Virus record (IMG/VR): IMGVR_UViG_3300017544_000004
Location: 1 to 41,173 of that record
Source of the DNA: a virus
Lineage: Duplodnaviria > Caudoviricetes
Direction: 5' to 3' (one strand)
Length of the DNA: 41,173 nucleotides
The translations under genes were made by a program, and so were the position numbers. Position 1 is the stretch's first letter, and each line of letters starts with the position of its first letter. The notes under the pieces were generated by a model, which worked only from the letters and a program-made list of their open reading frames with translations, was not told where the DNA came from and searched no databases. Positions 7,397-17,166 of this stretch are shown here, piece after piece.

Positions 7397-7460
7397 AAAG
7401 CCGGGCTACTCCAACGGTTCCATTTCCCATTGCAGGGAACCGATTGCCGTCCCGCGCATT
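7397..7460. promoter_or_regulatory. Divergent EcfG/SigT-type promoters
   Basis: + strand GGAAC-N16-CATT (7436-7460); - strand GGAAC-N16-CTTT (7421-7397); consensus is GGAAC-N16-CGTT. Confidence 0.55.
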
Positions 7461-7497
7461 GTGGGGCCGCGCCGCATATCGGCCTAGGAGAAACAGA

Positions 7498-7773
7498 TTG
7501 CCCCCGCTTGAACGCGCTGCCCGCGCCTTCGCCAAAGCCTATCTCATTGAAAGCCAATCCTGGTATGAAGGCGATCCCTATGTCGCGGATTGGGTAAACA
7601 CACATTGGAAAGACTTCCTCCCCCATGCGCGTAATGTCCTCGCCGCAGTCCGCGACCTGGATCCTGTGCTGATTGCCAAACTGAAGGATGAAGGCAGTTG
7701 CGGCGCCGCCATCAAGGGGATTAAGGCAACCCATGCCGCGACGATCGACGCTATGCTTGAAGACGTTGCCTGA
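7498..7773 (+). CDS. Hypothetical protein (91 aa)
   Basis: AGGAGA RBS before TTG 7498; opposite strand to the lysis genes. Confidence 0.6.
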   Translation: MPPLERAARAFAKAYLIESQSWYEGDPYVADWVNTHWKDFLPHARNVLAAVRDLDPVLIAKLKDEGSCGAAIKGIKATHAATIDAMLEDVA

Positions 7774-8010
7774 TTATCGCGTTGAGCAGAGAGCGTCCCA
7801 TCTGGCATTGTGCGCGTCGATTTCATTCACCGTCGCGTCGCTGTCCGCCTTGTTCCCCGGATCATCGGTCACGCCAACAGACAATTGCGCATAGCTGATC
7901 GCCCGGAAGGACGTGCAGGACGTATCAACGACAATTTTCCGGGGTCCGGGAGTGGCGCAGGCAGCCGTCACGGCGAGCAACGGGATCAGTGCGCACGACT
8001 TCAGCGGCAT
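7774..8010 (-). CDS. Outer-membrane lipoprotein, o-spanin (Rz1-like)
   Basis: Signal peptide with lipobox TAA-C; overlaps 3' end of i-spanin; C-terminal W..LC. Confidence 0.8.
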   Translation of the reverse strand: MPLKSCALIPLLAVTAACATPGPRKIVVDTSCTSFRAISYAQLSVGVTDDPGNKADSDATVNEIDAHNARWDALCSTR

Positions 8011-8200
8011 TGTGGGCCTCCATGGTTCGATTGAGGGTTTCGCCGGCCGCCTCTTCCCGGATCTGCGCCGCCCCGGCTTCGCGAGCCTGCGCCACGGCGC
8101 TGTCCTGCGCCCGGTCGGAGCAACGGACGAGAAGGAAGACCAAGGCGATGATCGAGACGGCGGCGATGGCGGGCCAATAGCGCGACGGATCGATGCTCAC
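7925..8200 (-). CDS. Inner-membrane i-spanin (Rz-like)
   Basis: N-terminal TM helix then Ala-rich helical region; GTGA coupling to endolysin stop (ATG 8206 is an alternative start). Confidence 0.75.
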   Translation of the reverse strand: MSIDPSRYWPAIAAVSIIALVFLLVRCSDRAQDSAVAQAREAGAAQIREEAAGETLNRTMEAHNAAEVVRTDPVARRDGCLRHSRTPENCR

Positions 8201-8796
8201 GCGCATTTTTCCAGTGGCACATTGCCGATCCGGTTGATCGTCCAACCGGGCATGAAAGTTTCATAGGTCGAATTATCGCCCGCCAGGCGGAGATAATGGC
8301 CGGCCTGCTGGGCATCCATGAGCTTCACGATCATCCGGCAGGCTTCGGCCCTGCCCCGGACGCGCTGAAGGCTGGCATAGGCCGCCATGGTGGCCGGTCC
8401 GGCACGGCCGTCGACCGTGACGTCCGGATAATCCCTCCCGCGCCGGTTGAGGCTGTTGAGCGCGATCTGCAACCATTTCGATGGCTGCGCGGGCCCAGCG
8501 TTGACGCCGCTGTCCACCGCCTCCTCGCCCACGGCGGGCGAAAGCGCGATCAGCTGGTCGAAGCCAGGCTTGAGGATATAATCCTCGAAAAAAACCTGCT
8601 GTGCGAGTTCCTTGGGGAAATCCCGCATGTCGCCCTGATAGCCATGCTCACGGGCGACGGCCTGCGTCACGCCATGATGGGTCGGCCCGCCCGGATCGTT
8701 CGGATTGTTCACATAGCCGCCTTCCACATGGAAGATGGCCGCAATGATCGCCAGCGCCGCGGCGCTGGCCCCGGCGAGCAGTTTCACCTTGTTCAT
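8197..8796 (-). CDS. Endolysin, glycoside hydrolase family 108, with SAR-like N-terminus
   Basis: EGGYVNNPNDPGGPT.HGVT motif; DSGVNAG; VDGRAGPAT peptidoglycan-binding region; Ala-rich N-terminal helix. Confidence 0.93.
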   Translation of the reverse strand: MNKVKLLAGASAAALAIIAAIFHVEGGYVNNPNDPGGPTHHGVTQAVAREHGYQGDMRDFPKELAQQVFFEDYILKPGFDQLIALSPAVGEEAVDSGVNAGPAQPSKWLQIALNSLNRRGRDYPDVTVDGRAGPATMAAYASLQRVRGRAEACRMIVKLMDAQQAGHYLRLAGDNSTYETFMPGWTINRIGNVPLEKCA

Positions 8797-8802
8797 GAAT
8801 AG

Positions 8803-8994
8803 TCAGTCCTTTCGGCCGGTCAGCCGCTTGGCCGTGTCGGTTTCCCATATCCGGATCGCGGTCCAGATGATGGTGAGCGCCGCGGCGATCGAAGGGAGGA
8901 TGTTGGCCAGCGTGCCGACCATCACGCCGATCGACAGCCCGTCGGCGGCATGCTTCAGTCCCTCATGATCGGTCAGGTTCATTCGTGGCTCCAT
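8803..8994 (-). CDS. Holin-like membrane protein
   Basis: Small hydrophobic protein (LPSIAAALTIIWTAIRIWET) with basic C-terminus, directly upstream of the endolysin. Confidence 0.75.
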   Translation of the reverse strand: MEPRMNLTDHEGLKHAADGLSIGVMVGTLANILPSIAAALTIIWTAIRIWETDTAKRLTGRKD

Positions 8995-9025
8995 GGCCCC
9001 CGGATGGGCGGCATGTGGGGATAAG

Positions 9026-9048
9026 AAAAAGGCGGCTCTCAGGCCGCC
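9026..9048 (-). terminator. Terminator-like hairpin between tail and lysis genes
   Basis: GGCGGC-ctgaga-GCCGCC-TTTTT on the - strand. Confidence 0.55.
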
Positions 9049-9395
9049 GGTTCTTCATCGGATTCCTGTGGCGCCGTCTCCCACGGCGGCGTCAGTATCG
9101 CGGTCGGAGGATCGATCATCTCCGCGATCCGCGCATCCAGCATCGCCTTGAGCTTGTCCGCCTCGCTGCCGAGTTGCCCCTCGACCCAGGCCTGCACCTG
9201 CTCGGCTGTCAGGCTGTCGAAATCGGTGAAGCTGCCCGCATCCGGGTCCGCGATGCCGACACGGCCTGTCAGGACGGCGCTATGGCCTTCATCGTCCGTC
9301 GCGGTCAGCCGCCAGTCCACGTCCGTGACGACATTACTCAGCCCGTCCGCATGGCGCGCGACGTGCAGCGCGGGGAAGGTCCATTCATAGTTCAT
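9039..9395 (-). CDS. Tail-fibre-associated small protein
   Basis: Acidic 118-aa protein coupled (ATGA) to the Gly-rich fibre gene; W-motif pattern typical of tail-fibre accessory proteins. Confidence 0.65.
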   Translation of the reverse strand: MNYEWTFPALHVARHADGLSNVVTDVDWRLTATDDEGHSAVLTGRVGIADPDAGSFTDFDSLTAEQVQAWVEGQLGSEADKLKAMLDARIAEMIDPPTAILTPPWETAPQESDEEPAA

Positions 9396-10210
9396 GAATA
9401 ATACTCCAGGATGATGAGGCCCGCGCCGCCTGCGCCTGCTGCGCCGCCGTTGATGCCGCCGCTACCGCCGCCACCGCCATAGGAGCCGCCCGCGCCGCCT
9501 GCGCCGTTGATGCCGCCATTGCCGCCGCCACCGCCAGGTCCGTAGGCAACGCCGCCGGACGTCGTGACGTGCATGGCCGCCATGCCTCCATCACCGCCTT
9601 TTGTGCCGGAGCCATTCGCGCCCCCGCCGCCGCCATTCGTGCCGTTGCCGCCGTTCCCGCCGCCGCTTACGCCAGCACCTGTGCCATAGGGGCCGTTCCC
9701 GCCATCGCCCGCGCCAGCCGTGGACGCGCCTCCACCTGCTCCGCCGCCTCCCGCACCGCCATTCTTTCCTGCACCGAGAGGCCCCGCCGCTCCACCGCCG
9801 CCTCTACCGCTGGGAGACCCACCCGCGCCACCCGAATATTTCACATCGCCCACGCTGGATGCCGCAGACCCGCCCGCCCCGGCTGTGCCCCCGGACGCAT
9901 TGCCGCCCGCCTTCGCCAGAACGGTCCCGGTCGAAGAAAACCATGTATCCGTAGGCGAGCCGCCCGGCGCGCCGATCTGATAGGTGACGGAGCCGCCCGG
10001 CGTCACGGTCAAGCCGGATTTGAACGCATAGGCGCCGCCACCGCCACCGGCGATATTGACCCCGTTGTTAGCGCTGCCAGCGCCCCCCGGCCCATAGCAA
10101 TGCACGTCCACCTTCGTGACGCCGGACGGCACGGTCCAGCTTGTGCCGGATGTGAGCGCAATGACGGTCTTGCCGCCGCTGCCCAGCAGCATTTGCCCCA
10201 CGCCGGACAT
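9392..10210 (-). CDS. Glycine-rich tail fibre/structural protein
   Basis: TSWTVPSGVTKVDVHCYGPGG...GGAGLIILEY glycine-rich domain; TGATG coupling at 10210. Confidence 0.8.
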   Translation of the reverse strand: MSGVGQMLLGSGGKTVIALTSGTSWTVPSGVTKVDVHCYGPGGAGSANNGVNIAGGGGGAYAFKSGLTVTPGGSVTYQIGAPGGSPTDTWFSSTGTVLAKAGGNASGGTAGAGGSAASSVGDVKYSGGAGGSPSGRGGGGAAGPLGAGKNGGAGGGGAGGGASTAGAGDGGNGPYGTGAGVSGGGNGGNGTNGGGGGANGSGTKGGDGGMAAMHVTTSGGVAYGPGGGGGNGGINGAGGAGGSYGGGGGSGGINGGAAGAGGAGLIILEYYS

Positions 10211-11010
10211 CAGCTCACCCCCGTGCCGGAAATAAACCATTTGTCGGCCGCGACCTTGACCAGCGTGGCCACGCTGCCGGGGATCATGGTGCGCGATCCC
10301 GTCGTCGCCGTGCCAGCCAGCCGCAGCGTGACGCCGCCCGATGGACTGACCGTGATATTGTTCGTCCCGTCGTTGACGATGCTGATCGTCGCCCCGACCG
10401 GAAAAGCCGCGCTGGCGTTCGTCGGCAGCGTGATCGTCTGCGCGCCTGTATTGGCCGAATAGACATGACTGCCCTGATCGGCGAGCGCGAGCGTATAGGC
10501 CGCGCTCTTTACATTCTGGGGCACGCCCTTGAAGGGCGCGAGGGCTGTCAGGTCGGATTGCAGGGCCGCTATGGCCAGGTTGATCGCATCCAGCAGCGCC
10601 GGATTGACCGCCAGCGCAATGACCCAATCTGTTTTCGTGCCCGAACCCGTCACCGCCGTGACGTTTACCACCAGCGCGCCCGTGCCCGCGTCATAGCTGG
10701 TGACAGTCCCCAGCATCGCATTGCCGGGGCCGGAAGCGCTGGCGATGGATACGAACTGGCCGGGCTTCAGCAGGCGTCCGGTCGTCGCGGTGAAGGATTT
10801 GGAGCCCGTCCCGATCGCCACGCTGCTGCTTGATGTGGCATTATAGTTCGTCGCCTGAGCCGCCTCCTCGACAGCCTGGCCGAATGCATTCATCTGCGTC
10901 GCCAGCACCGCTATCGCGGCGACGAAGGCGTCCGCGCGCGTGATGAATGTGGCAGGCGCATCGGAACGGCTCGGCGGCGTTGGCAGGGGGTCGATTGCAG
11001 GCAAAGCCAT
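10210..11010 (-). CDS. Tail fibre/tip protein
   Basis: LPTPPSRSD.ATF..RADAF N-terminus; beta-rich Ala/Gly/Thr composition; position in tail module. Confidence 0.75.
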   Translation of the reverse strand: MALPAIDPLPTPPSRSDAPATFITRADAFVAAIAVLATQMNAFGQAVEEAAQATNYNATSSSSVAIGTGSKSFTATTGRLLKPGQFVSIASASGPGNAMLGTVTSYDAGTGALVVNVTAVTGSGTKTDWVIALAVNPALLDAINLAIAALQSDLTALAPFKGVPQNVKSAAYTLALADQGSHVYSANTGAQTITLPTNASAAFPVGATISIVNDGTNNITVSPSGGVTLRLAGTATTGSRTMIPGSVATLVKVAADKWFISGTGVS

Positions 11011-12050
11011 CAGGTCAGTCCTTCGATTTCGAGGGTGCAGACGCTCACCGTCGGATAGGCGATCTCGACGTTGAAATCCTTGTAGAAGCCGAACAGCGCG
11101 GTGACGGCCATGTTTTCCTCACCGATCCAGACGACCGGCGTGGCGCGATAGTCGCCCATCAGACTGAGCAGCGCCTCGACCTGTGTATTTCCGGTCCAGT
11201 CGGTAAAGCGGCCGCGCCGGGAAAAGGCGCGGGGAATGATGACGTAATTGCCGAAATCGTCCGCTTCCTTTTTGGAAAAATCCGTGATCCCGATCGACGC
11301 GCCATATTGCGCTGCCCCCAGTTCGCGGGCTGCCCCCAGCACCAGCGTTCCGCAAGACACTTCCGATCCGGGATCGCTGAGCGTCACCGTGACCGCAGGA
11401 TTGGCATAAAAGGGCAGGTTCAGCCGCACCAGGTCGCTGCGGCGGATGATCTCCTCGAAGAAATAGGCGAACCAGTCGGTAACGCCGCTATCGCTCGCCA
11501 TGTTGATCGTCTCATCATGGATAATGCCGTCCGCCCCTGTGGAAACCGTGATCTGCACCGTCGCGGCCGACACGTTGAACAGCGCGATGCTGTCGATGCG
11601 GCCCTCAAGGTCGATGGTGACGGTCAGGCTGTCGCGCGCGCGCGTCGCCGTGCCGTTTACCTGGTCGAACATGGCCCAGCGGTTCGACGGGAGCGGATAC
11701 CACCACGCCGTATCGGTCAGCGGATGATTGAGGTTGCCCGCCTGAAGGCTGACATATTCGAGACGATTCGCGGCATCGAGGGCGCGATCGTCCTCACCAT
11801 AGGTCGTGCCGCCCGCCCAGGCGAGCCAGGTGGTCGCGACCTCCCGCCACCAGGCAGGGGAAGATACAGGATCATTGCCCACATTCGCCGCCGCGAGACT
11901 CTCATAGACAACCGCCCGCGATCCGGTGACGATGCTGGCGCGTTCTCCCTCGCCATAGGCGGTGCCACCCGCCCAGGCGTCGGGCGCGGTTTCGGGGACT
12001 GAGCTGGTGAGCGTCGCCGGCGTCACCGCGACCGGACGGATCATCTTCAT
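11010..12050 (-). CDS. Distal tail/tip protein with carbohydrate-binding-like W-x-x-G-T-x-Y repeats
   Basis: Follows tape measure; two WAGGTxY repeats; NRWAMFD motif. Confidence 0.75.
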   Translation of the reverse strand: MKMIRPVAVTPATLTSSVPETAPDAWAGGTAYGEGERASIVTGSRAVVYESLAAANVGNDPVSSPAWWREVATTWLAWAGGTTYGEDDRALDAANRLEYVSLQAGNLNHPLTDTAWWYPLPSNRWAMFDQVNGTATRARDSLTVTIDLEGRIDSIALFNVSAATVQITVSTGADGIIHDETINMASDSGVTDWFAYFFEEIIRRSDLVRLNLPFYANPAVTVTLSDPGSEVSCGTLVLGAARELGAAQYGASIGITDFSKKEADDFGNYVIIPRAFSRRGRFTDWTGNTQVEALLSLMGDYRATPVVWIGEENMAVTALFGFYKDFNVEIAYPTVSVCTLEIEGLT

Positions 12051-15000
12051 GCGGTTTCCACCGTGACGGCCTGCGTATCGCCCCTGTCGTGGCGGCGCGC
12101 GATTCGGGCGCTTTCACCCGTATTGCTGGCGATGGAGATCAGCGCAGGCTGCATTTCCGCCCTGAGCGCGGCGATCTGCGCCTTCGTGTCGGCCTGCGTG
12201 TCGCTGAGCCGCTCTATGACGTCGCCGATATCGGTCAGATTGACATTGACCTCCTGGAGCTGGGGCACCGGGTTGGTCAGCTTGTCCAGTTCGGCCTGCG
12301 CCTCGTCCGCTTCCTCCTGCGCTTTCTTCAGGTCGATGATGGCCTGCGAGACGGAGGTCACATTATCATTGAGGTCGATCAGGCTCTTCACGCTGGCGGT
12401 AAGCTGGGCAAGCTGGCGATCCGCCATCGAGGCGACGCCATTAGCCCCGGCCTGCGCCTGATCGGCCGCGCGCGCCACGCGGGCGACGTCCCGCGCATAA
12501 TCGAGTGCGGACCCCGCACGGTCGCGGGCTGCGTCGAGATAGGATTGCGCGTCGCCGGTGAACGCGCCCAGGCTCGCCTCATTGCCCAGCCGGGCGAGAT
12601 TCGCGGTCTTCTCGAACCGCGAACGGGCCTGCGCATAGCCATCGACGCCCGGAACATCGGCGAACAGGCTGGCCCGGAACTCCCCGATTGCGCGGGCGAA
12701 ATCGCGGAACCTGTCCGCCGTCGCCTGAATATTGGCGCTCTCGCGGCTATAGGCGGCGGATAGCGCGTTTTGCGCGTCGCTGACCTTTTGCGCGGCGGCG
12801 GCCTGCGCGTCGGCCAGATCCTGATAGGCATAGATGGCGCGCTGCAACGGGCGGAGGCTTTCATCCATCGCCGCCAGCTCGGCCTGGCGGCGCAGGGCAA
12901 GCGCCTCGGTCTTGCGGCCCATCAGGTCCAGGAGGGTGATTTCCATGCTCTGACGCTTGTCGGCGAGGTCGGCCTGATATTTCTCGACCGCGTTGAAGCC
13001 GGGGGCCAGCGCCATCAGCGCGGCATAGAGGGATTGCCCCGCCTCGGTCGTGAGGTCGAGGCCGTCCACCACATTCTTGAACGACGCGATGCTGTCCACG
13101 CCCGACAGGCCCAGCCGCTCCAGCTCGGCCGCCACCGCCGTCATCACCGGCGCGATCTGCTCGGCCTCGGTCAGGAAATTGTCGCGATAGAACTGCGTCT
13201 GATCCACGAAATCATCGAGCGACCCGAACAGGTCGATCAACGCTTCGCGGGCTTCCACGGACGAAGCACCGACCGCGCCGAAGGTCCGCCCGATCGACTG
13301 CATCTGCACGTCGATGGTCTGATAGTCCTTCGCCAGCCGCATCAGCGTCTCGAACTGGCCTTCGCCCACCTTCTGGAAGGCATCCAGCGCCGGGATCGCG
13401 GCGGCGGCCATATCATCTCCCAGCTTGGAGAAGATGGCCGAAAGCTGCTCCTGGATCTCGCTGCCCTTCAGATCCTTCAGGCTGATCTTGCCCAGGTCCA
13501 CCGTGAAGGCGTCGATGGCGGCCTGCGCGCCCTCGATGCCCAATACCCCTGCGGCGGCCATGATCCCGGAACGCATGGAGCCGATCAGCAGCGCAACCTG
13601 CTGCTCGGTGCCGTCGTCCAGCGCGCCGGTCACCGTATCGACCCGCGTCTTGTTGCTGGTGGTGATGCCGAAGGTCTTTTTCTTCTTGGTCTGGATGTCC
13701 TGATAGGATTGGCCGTCGATTCCGCCCGCCAATATGTCGGCGACCGTCGCCGGATCGAACATGATGCCCTGGTCCAGAAGCGTTTTCGTGGTCTTGGTGC
13801 CGAACAGCGCCTTGCCGATTCCGCCGATCAGTCCACCGATGACGGGGATTTTCGAGGCGATGTCGAGCGCGCCCTTCAGGATGAAGCCGAAACCCAGGCT
13901 GCCGTCGATCCCGGTGTTGCTGCCCAGGCCCAGCCCGGACGTGTCGAATGCGCCGCCGGCGATGCCCAACTGCTTTGCCAGCAGCGAAGACAATGACCCG
14001 ATGTTGGTTTCGATGGCGCGAAGGGAACGCACCATCGCATTGCTATATTCAAGGTCTTTGTCGCTATTGGCGGTCAGCAGGTCGAGCGAGTGGGTGATGC
14101 TGTCCGATTTCGCGCTGCTGTCCCCCAGCACGGACCCGGTGCCCATCGCATCCTGATAGGATTTGAGATCGAAGCCGCCCCGCTTGCCGCCGCCCGTCCG
14201 CAGGCCCATGCTCGCGAGCAGCGCGATCATCGCGGCGACGACCGGAAAGGCGAAGGGACCGAGGAAGGAAAAGATCTTCGCCGCGCCCGCCGCCGCGTCG
14301 GCCGCGCCGCGCAGGCCGGAATTGGCGACCGACGTCGCGGTATGGGCGCTGTCCATGGTCATCGCCTTGATGGCGTTGATCAACTGGATCGCTGCGAGCG
14401 CCTTTTCGGCCGCTTCCATCGCCTGATAGGCGGCGCTGCGCTCCTTGAACAGCTTCTTGGACGCGCCTAGGATCGCGCCGGTGCCGGCGATCTGGTTCTG
14501 CGCCGTGCGGGCATAGGCTTCCCGCTCGGTGATCTGCCCCGTCACGACGGCCGCGCTGATGCGTTTCTGCTCGGCGCCATATTCATCGAGCGCGACGACG
14601 ATCTCGCCGATCGAGCGGCCTACCGTGCCGAAGGCCGACGACATCCGGCGCGCAGCGTCGTCGACATGGTCGGATACGGCATCGATGCTGTCCGCCATCT
14701 GCTCAAACACAGCGCGGCGTCCCTGCTCGTCTGCTTCCGCCATCGCCTTCTTGAAATCGTTCGCCGCCCGTTCGGCATCCTTCATCGACTTGATCTCGGC
14801 GTCGAAGCGCCCGAGCTGGTCGCCCGGCATGGCGATCACGGCTTCATTCAGGAATCTGTTATTCTCCGTCTGGATGCGCTCCAGCGCCTTCGCCCACTCA
14901 TCGACGTCCTTCTTGGACTTTTTCGCTGCTTTACCAGTTTCTGTCAGGGCCTTGATAACGCCGCCGCCGGAGAGGTCGCCATTCCCGAGCGGTGTATTCA

Positions 15001-16684
15001 ACGCCTTGTCGAGATCCTCGCGCAATTTTCCGGCAATGTGGGCGGCATCCTGCATATCGCGCAGACCGTCTCGGCTCGTCCTACCGCCGCTGAAAAGAGA
15101 GGCGAGGTCAGATTTGACCGATTTCCACCCCAGGCTAACGCCACGCGAAATATCCCATTGTCCAAGCGCTTCCCATGACTGTTGCGACAGATTGCGGCTT
15201 CCCGCCCAGGTGGAATCAAACGCCTCGTTTTGACGTTGCTCAGTTTCGGCTACTTTTTTCTGAAGCAGTTCCACCTTCGCGGCACGTGCAGCTTTGGCTT
15301 GTGCCCAAAGGGATTCGGTCAGGCCGTCGACGCTGTTCTTGAATGACCATATCTCCGGCTCAGCCTGTCCGGCAGCGGTCCCAACGCCCGTCTGTTCTCG
15401 CGCCGCCGCCAGTGCCTGCTGGCTGGACTGCGACAGGCTGATGCCCAATTCATCGGCTGCTTTCGCATTGGCGAGCAACCGCTTTTCCGATGCAGCATTG
15501 GCGTCGGCCACGGACATGAGCCCGACCGCGACCAGCCCGGCAACGCCGATCAGCGCGTTCATCGGCGTGAATAAGGCGGCGGACGCGCCCTGGAGCGACT
15601 TCTGAGCTGCGCTGAGCATGGCAGTCCCCGCCGTCGTTGCGCCCAGCGCGCGCTCCAAAGCCACCAGCGACGCGATATAACGATAGACATTCCCGATCGC
15701 GAGCGCCCCATGGAACGTGACGAAGCCGGCCGCGGCCATGACGACGAGATCTTCGAGCAGCTCCAGATTAGCGAGCACGAAGTTGAGCGGTTCGCCAAGG
15801 ATTGCTGCCAATTCCGCGCCTATGCGAATGAGATTGCCCGCCATCTCGCCCAACTCGGCCGCCGCGCTTTGCGACCCCTCCGCCGTGGCGGTGAGACTGC
15901 CCAGCACTTCGCCGAGCGCGTCATTGAACCCGCCCTGCCCAAACGCGACCATCGCGGCCTGGACAGCATCTTCCAGATTGGCGAAGCCGCCTTCCAGCGT
16001 CTTCATCTGTTCGTCCATGGTGCCGGCGAACTGCACATTGCCGATATCCATGAGATATTGCTGGATCGCGGCGGAGCTGTTCTGGACGGTCTTCGTGACG
16101 CCCTGGAAGGTGAAGCTGACCTTGCCGCCTTCCTTCGATGCGCGGATGCCGAATTCCTTCAACCGCTCGAATTCGCCGGTCGCGGCATCGGCCACCGCCT
16201 CGATCATGTCCATAAGGGACTTGCTCATCGATGCGGCGGTGTTGCCGTAGCTGGTCAGCGCAGCGGTGCTGGGGTCGAGGCCGAGATTCTTCAGCCGCAG
16301 GAAAGCCTGCACCGATTGTTCCAGGCCATAGGGCGTCTTTTCGGCGAAATCGCGCAGCTTCGCCATCTGCGCGCTGGCGGCGTCGGCCGATCCGGTGGCG
16401 ACCTTCAGGGATGCGTCGAGGCGCTGGAATTCGCGATTGACGCCGATCGCTTCCCCCGCCAACGCCGTCAGGCCCAGGGCGGCCGCAGCAGCCTTCACCA
16501 GGCCGAACCCGGACGCGAGCTTCGCGCCGGTCGCGTTCAATGCCGTCATCGCCTCTTCGGCCGCTTTCGACGACATCTCGACGTCGTGCATTGCCGTTCC
16601 CACGGACCTTTTCATCTGGTCCATGTCCTTTTGCAGCCGCGCCATGTTGGCGATCAGCTCGATTTCAAGCGTTCCTGCCTTCAT
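12047..16684 (-). CDS. Tail tape measure protein (1545 aa)
   Basis: Long Ala-rich helical protein; FAEKTPY...DAATGEFERLKEFG tape-measure motif; ATGA coupling at 16684. Confidence 0.93.
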   Translation of the reverse strand: MKAGTLEIELIANMARLQKDMDQMKRSVGTAMHDVEMSSKAAEEAMTALNATGAKLASGFGLVKAAAAALGLTALAGEAIGVNREFQRLDASLKVATGSADAASAQMAKLRDFAEKTPYGLEQSVQAFLRLKNLGLDPSTAALTSYGNTAASMSKSLMDMIEAVADAATGEFERLKEFGIRASKEGGKVSFTFQGVTKTVQNSSAAIQQYLMDIGNVQFAGTMDEQMKTLEGGFANLEDAVQAAMVAFGQGGFNDALGEVLGSLTATAEGSQSAAAELGEMAGNLIRIGAELAAILGEPLNFVLANLELLEDLVVMAAAGFVTFHGALAIGNVYRYIASLVALERALGATTAGTAMLSAAQKSLQGASAALFTPMNALIGVAGLVAVGLMSVADANAASEKRLLANAKAADELGISLSQSSQQALAAAREQTGVGTAAGQAEPEIWSFKNSVDGLTESLWAQAKAARAAKVELLQKKVAETEQRQNEAFDSTWAGSRNLSQQSWEALGQWDISRGVSLGWKSVKSDLASLFSGGRTSRDGLRDMQDAAHIAGKLREDLDKALNTPLGNGDLSGGGVIKALTETGKAAKKSKKDVDEWAKALERIQTENNRFLNEAVIAMPGDQLGRFDAEIKSMKDAERAANDFKKAMAEADEQGRRAVFEQMADSIDAVSDHVDDAARRMSSAFGTVGRSIGEIVVALDEYGAEQKRISAAVVTGQITEREAYARTAQNQIAGTGAILGASKKLFKERSAAYQAMEAAEKALAAIQLINAIKAMTMDSAHTATSVANSGLRGAADAAAGAAKIFSFLGPFAFPVVAAMIALLASMGLRTGGGKRGGFDLKSYQDAMGTGSVLGDSSAKSDSITHSLDLLTANSDKDLEYSNAMVRSLRAIETNIGSLSSLLAKQLGIAGGAFDTSGLGLGSNTGIDGSLGFGFILKGALDIASKIPVIGGLIGGIGKALFGTKTTKTLLDQGIMFDPATVADILAGGIDGQSYQDIQTKKKKTFGITTSNKTRVDTVTGALDDGTEQQVALLIGSMRSGIMAAAGVLGIEGAQAAIDAFTVDLGKISLKDLKGSEIQEQLSAIFSKLGDDMAAAAIPALDAFQKVGEGQFETLMRLAKDYQTIDVQMQSIGRTFGAVGASSVEAREALIDLFGSLDDFVDQTQFYRDNFLTEAEQIAPVMTAVAAELERLGLSGVDSIASFKNVVDGLDLTTEAGQSLYAALMALAPGFNAVEKYQADLADKRQSMEITLLDLMGRKTEALALRRQAELAAMDESLRPLQRAIYAYQDLADAQAAAAQKVSDAQNALSAAYSRESANIQATADRFRDFARAIGEFRASLFADVPGVDGYAQARSRFEKTANLARLGNEASLGAFTGDAQSYLDAARDRAGSALDYARDVARVARAADQAQAGANGVASMADRQLAQLTASVKSLIDLNDNVTSVSQAIIDLKKAQEEADEAQAELDKLTNPVPQLQEVNVNLTDIGDVIERLSDTQADTKAQIAALRAEMQPALISIASNTGESARIARRHDRGDTQAVTVETA

Positions 16685-17166
16685 GACGATCTCCGGCCGC
16701 GCGAGCCGAGCAATGCGCGGAATGCATTGCCGACCTTCGCGGAAATGGCGGTGCGCCGGTCTGCGTCCGGATCGGGTTCCGTCCAGGGCGGAGGCGCATC
16801 GGGTTTTTCGGCTGCCTGGGATTCGGCGAGCCAGTCGGATGACAGGCGGCGCAGCAGGCGGGCCTGCCACGGGGGCAAAATGGTGCGGGTCATCGCCGAC
16901 CACGCAGCGATATCCGTCCACCCGATCGGCGCGCGACCCATGCCGGCAGCAACCACCGGGCCGATCTCGACGAGCTGCTCGACGATCCACGGAGTGCTGC
17001 ACGGCGGCAACGCGGGAACGATGCCGCCGTCTTTCATCGCCCGCAGGCGGCTTTTGGGTTCGGTCTTATCGGTGATGGACCGTTTTTCCGGCCTCGGCAC
17101 GGCATTGAGCCATGCCTGCTGCCGGACGTGGAGGCTCAGCTCGTCGCCGAGTTCCCCGTAAAATTT
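16681..17166 (-). CDS. Tail assembly chaperone, -1 frame extension (gpT-like)
   Basis: Open -1 frame overlapping the end of the chaperone gene; IGWTDIAAWS...LPPWQARLLRRLS pattern. Confidence 0.75.
   Translation of the reverse strand, partial: KFYGELGDELSLHVRQQAWLNAVPRPEKRSITDKTEPKSRLRAMKDGGIVPALPPCSTPWIVEQLVEIGPVVAAGMGRAPIGWTDIAAWSAMTRTILPPWQARLLRRLSSDWLAESQAAEKPDAPPPWTEPDPDADRRTAISAKVGNAFRALLGSRGRRSS

Noticed and set aside
9400-10100. GCC/CCG-rich repetitive sequence
   Set aside because: Explained by glycine codons of the tail protein; not a repeat array or CRISPR
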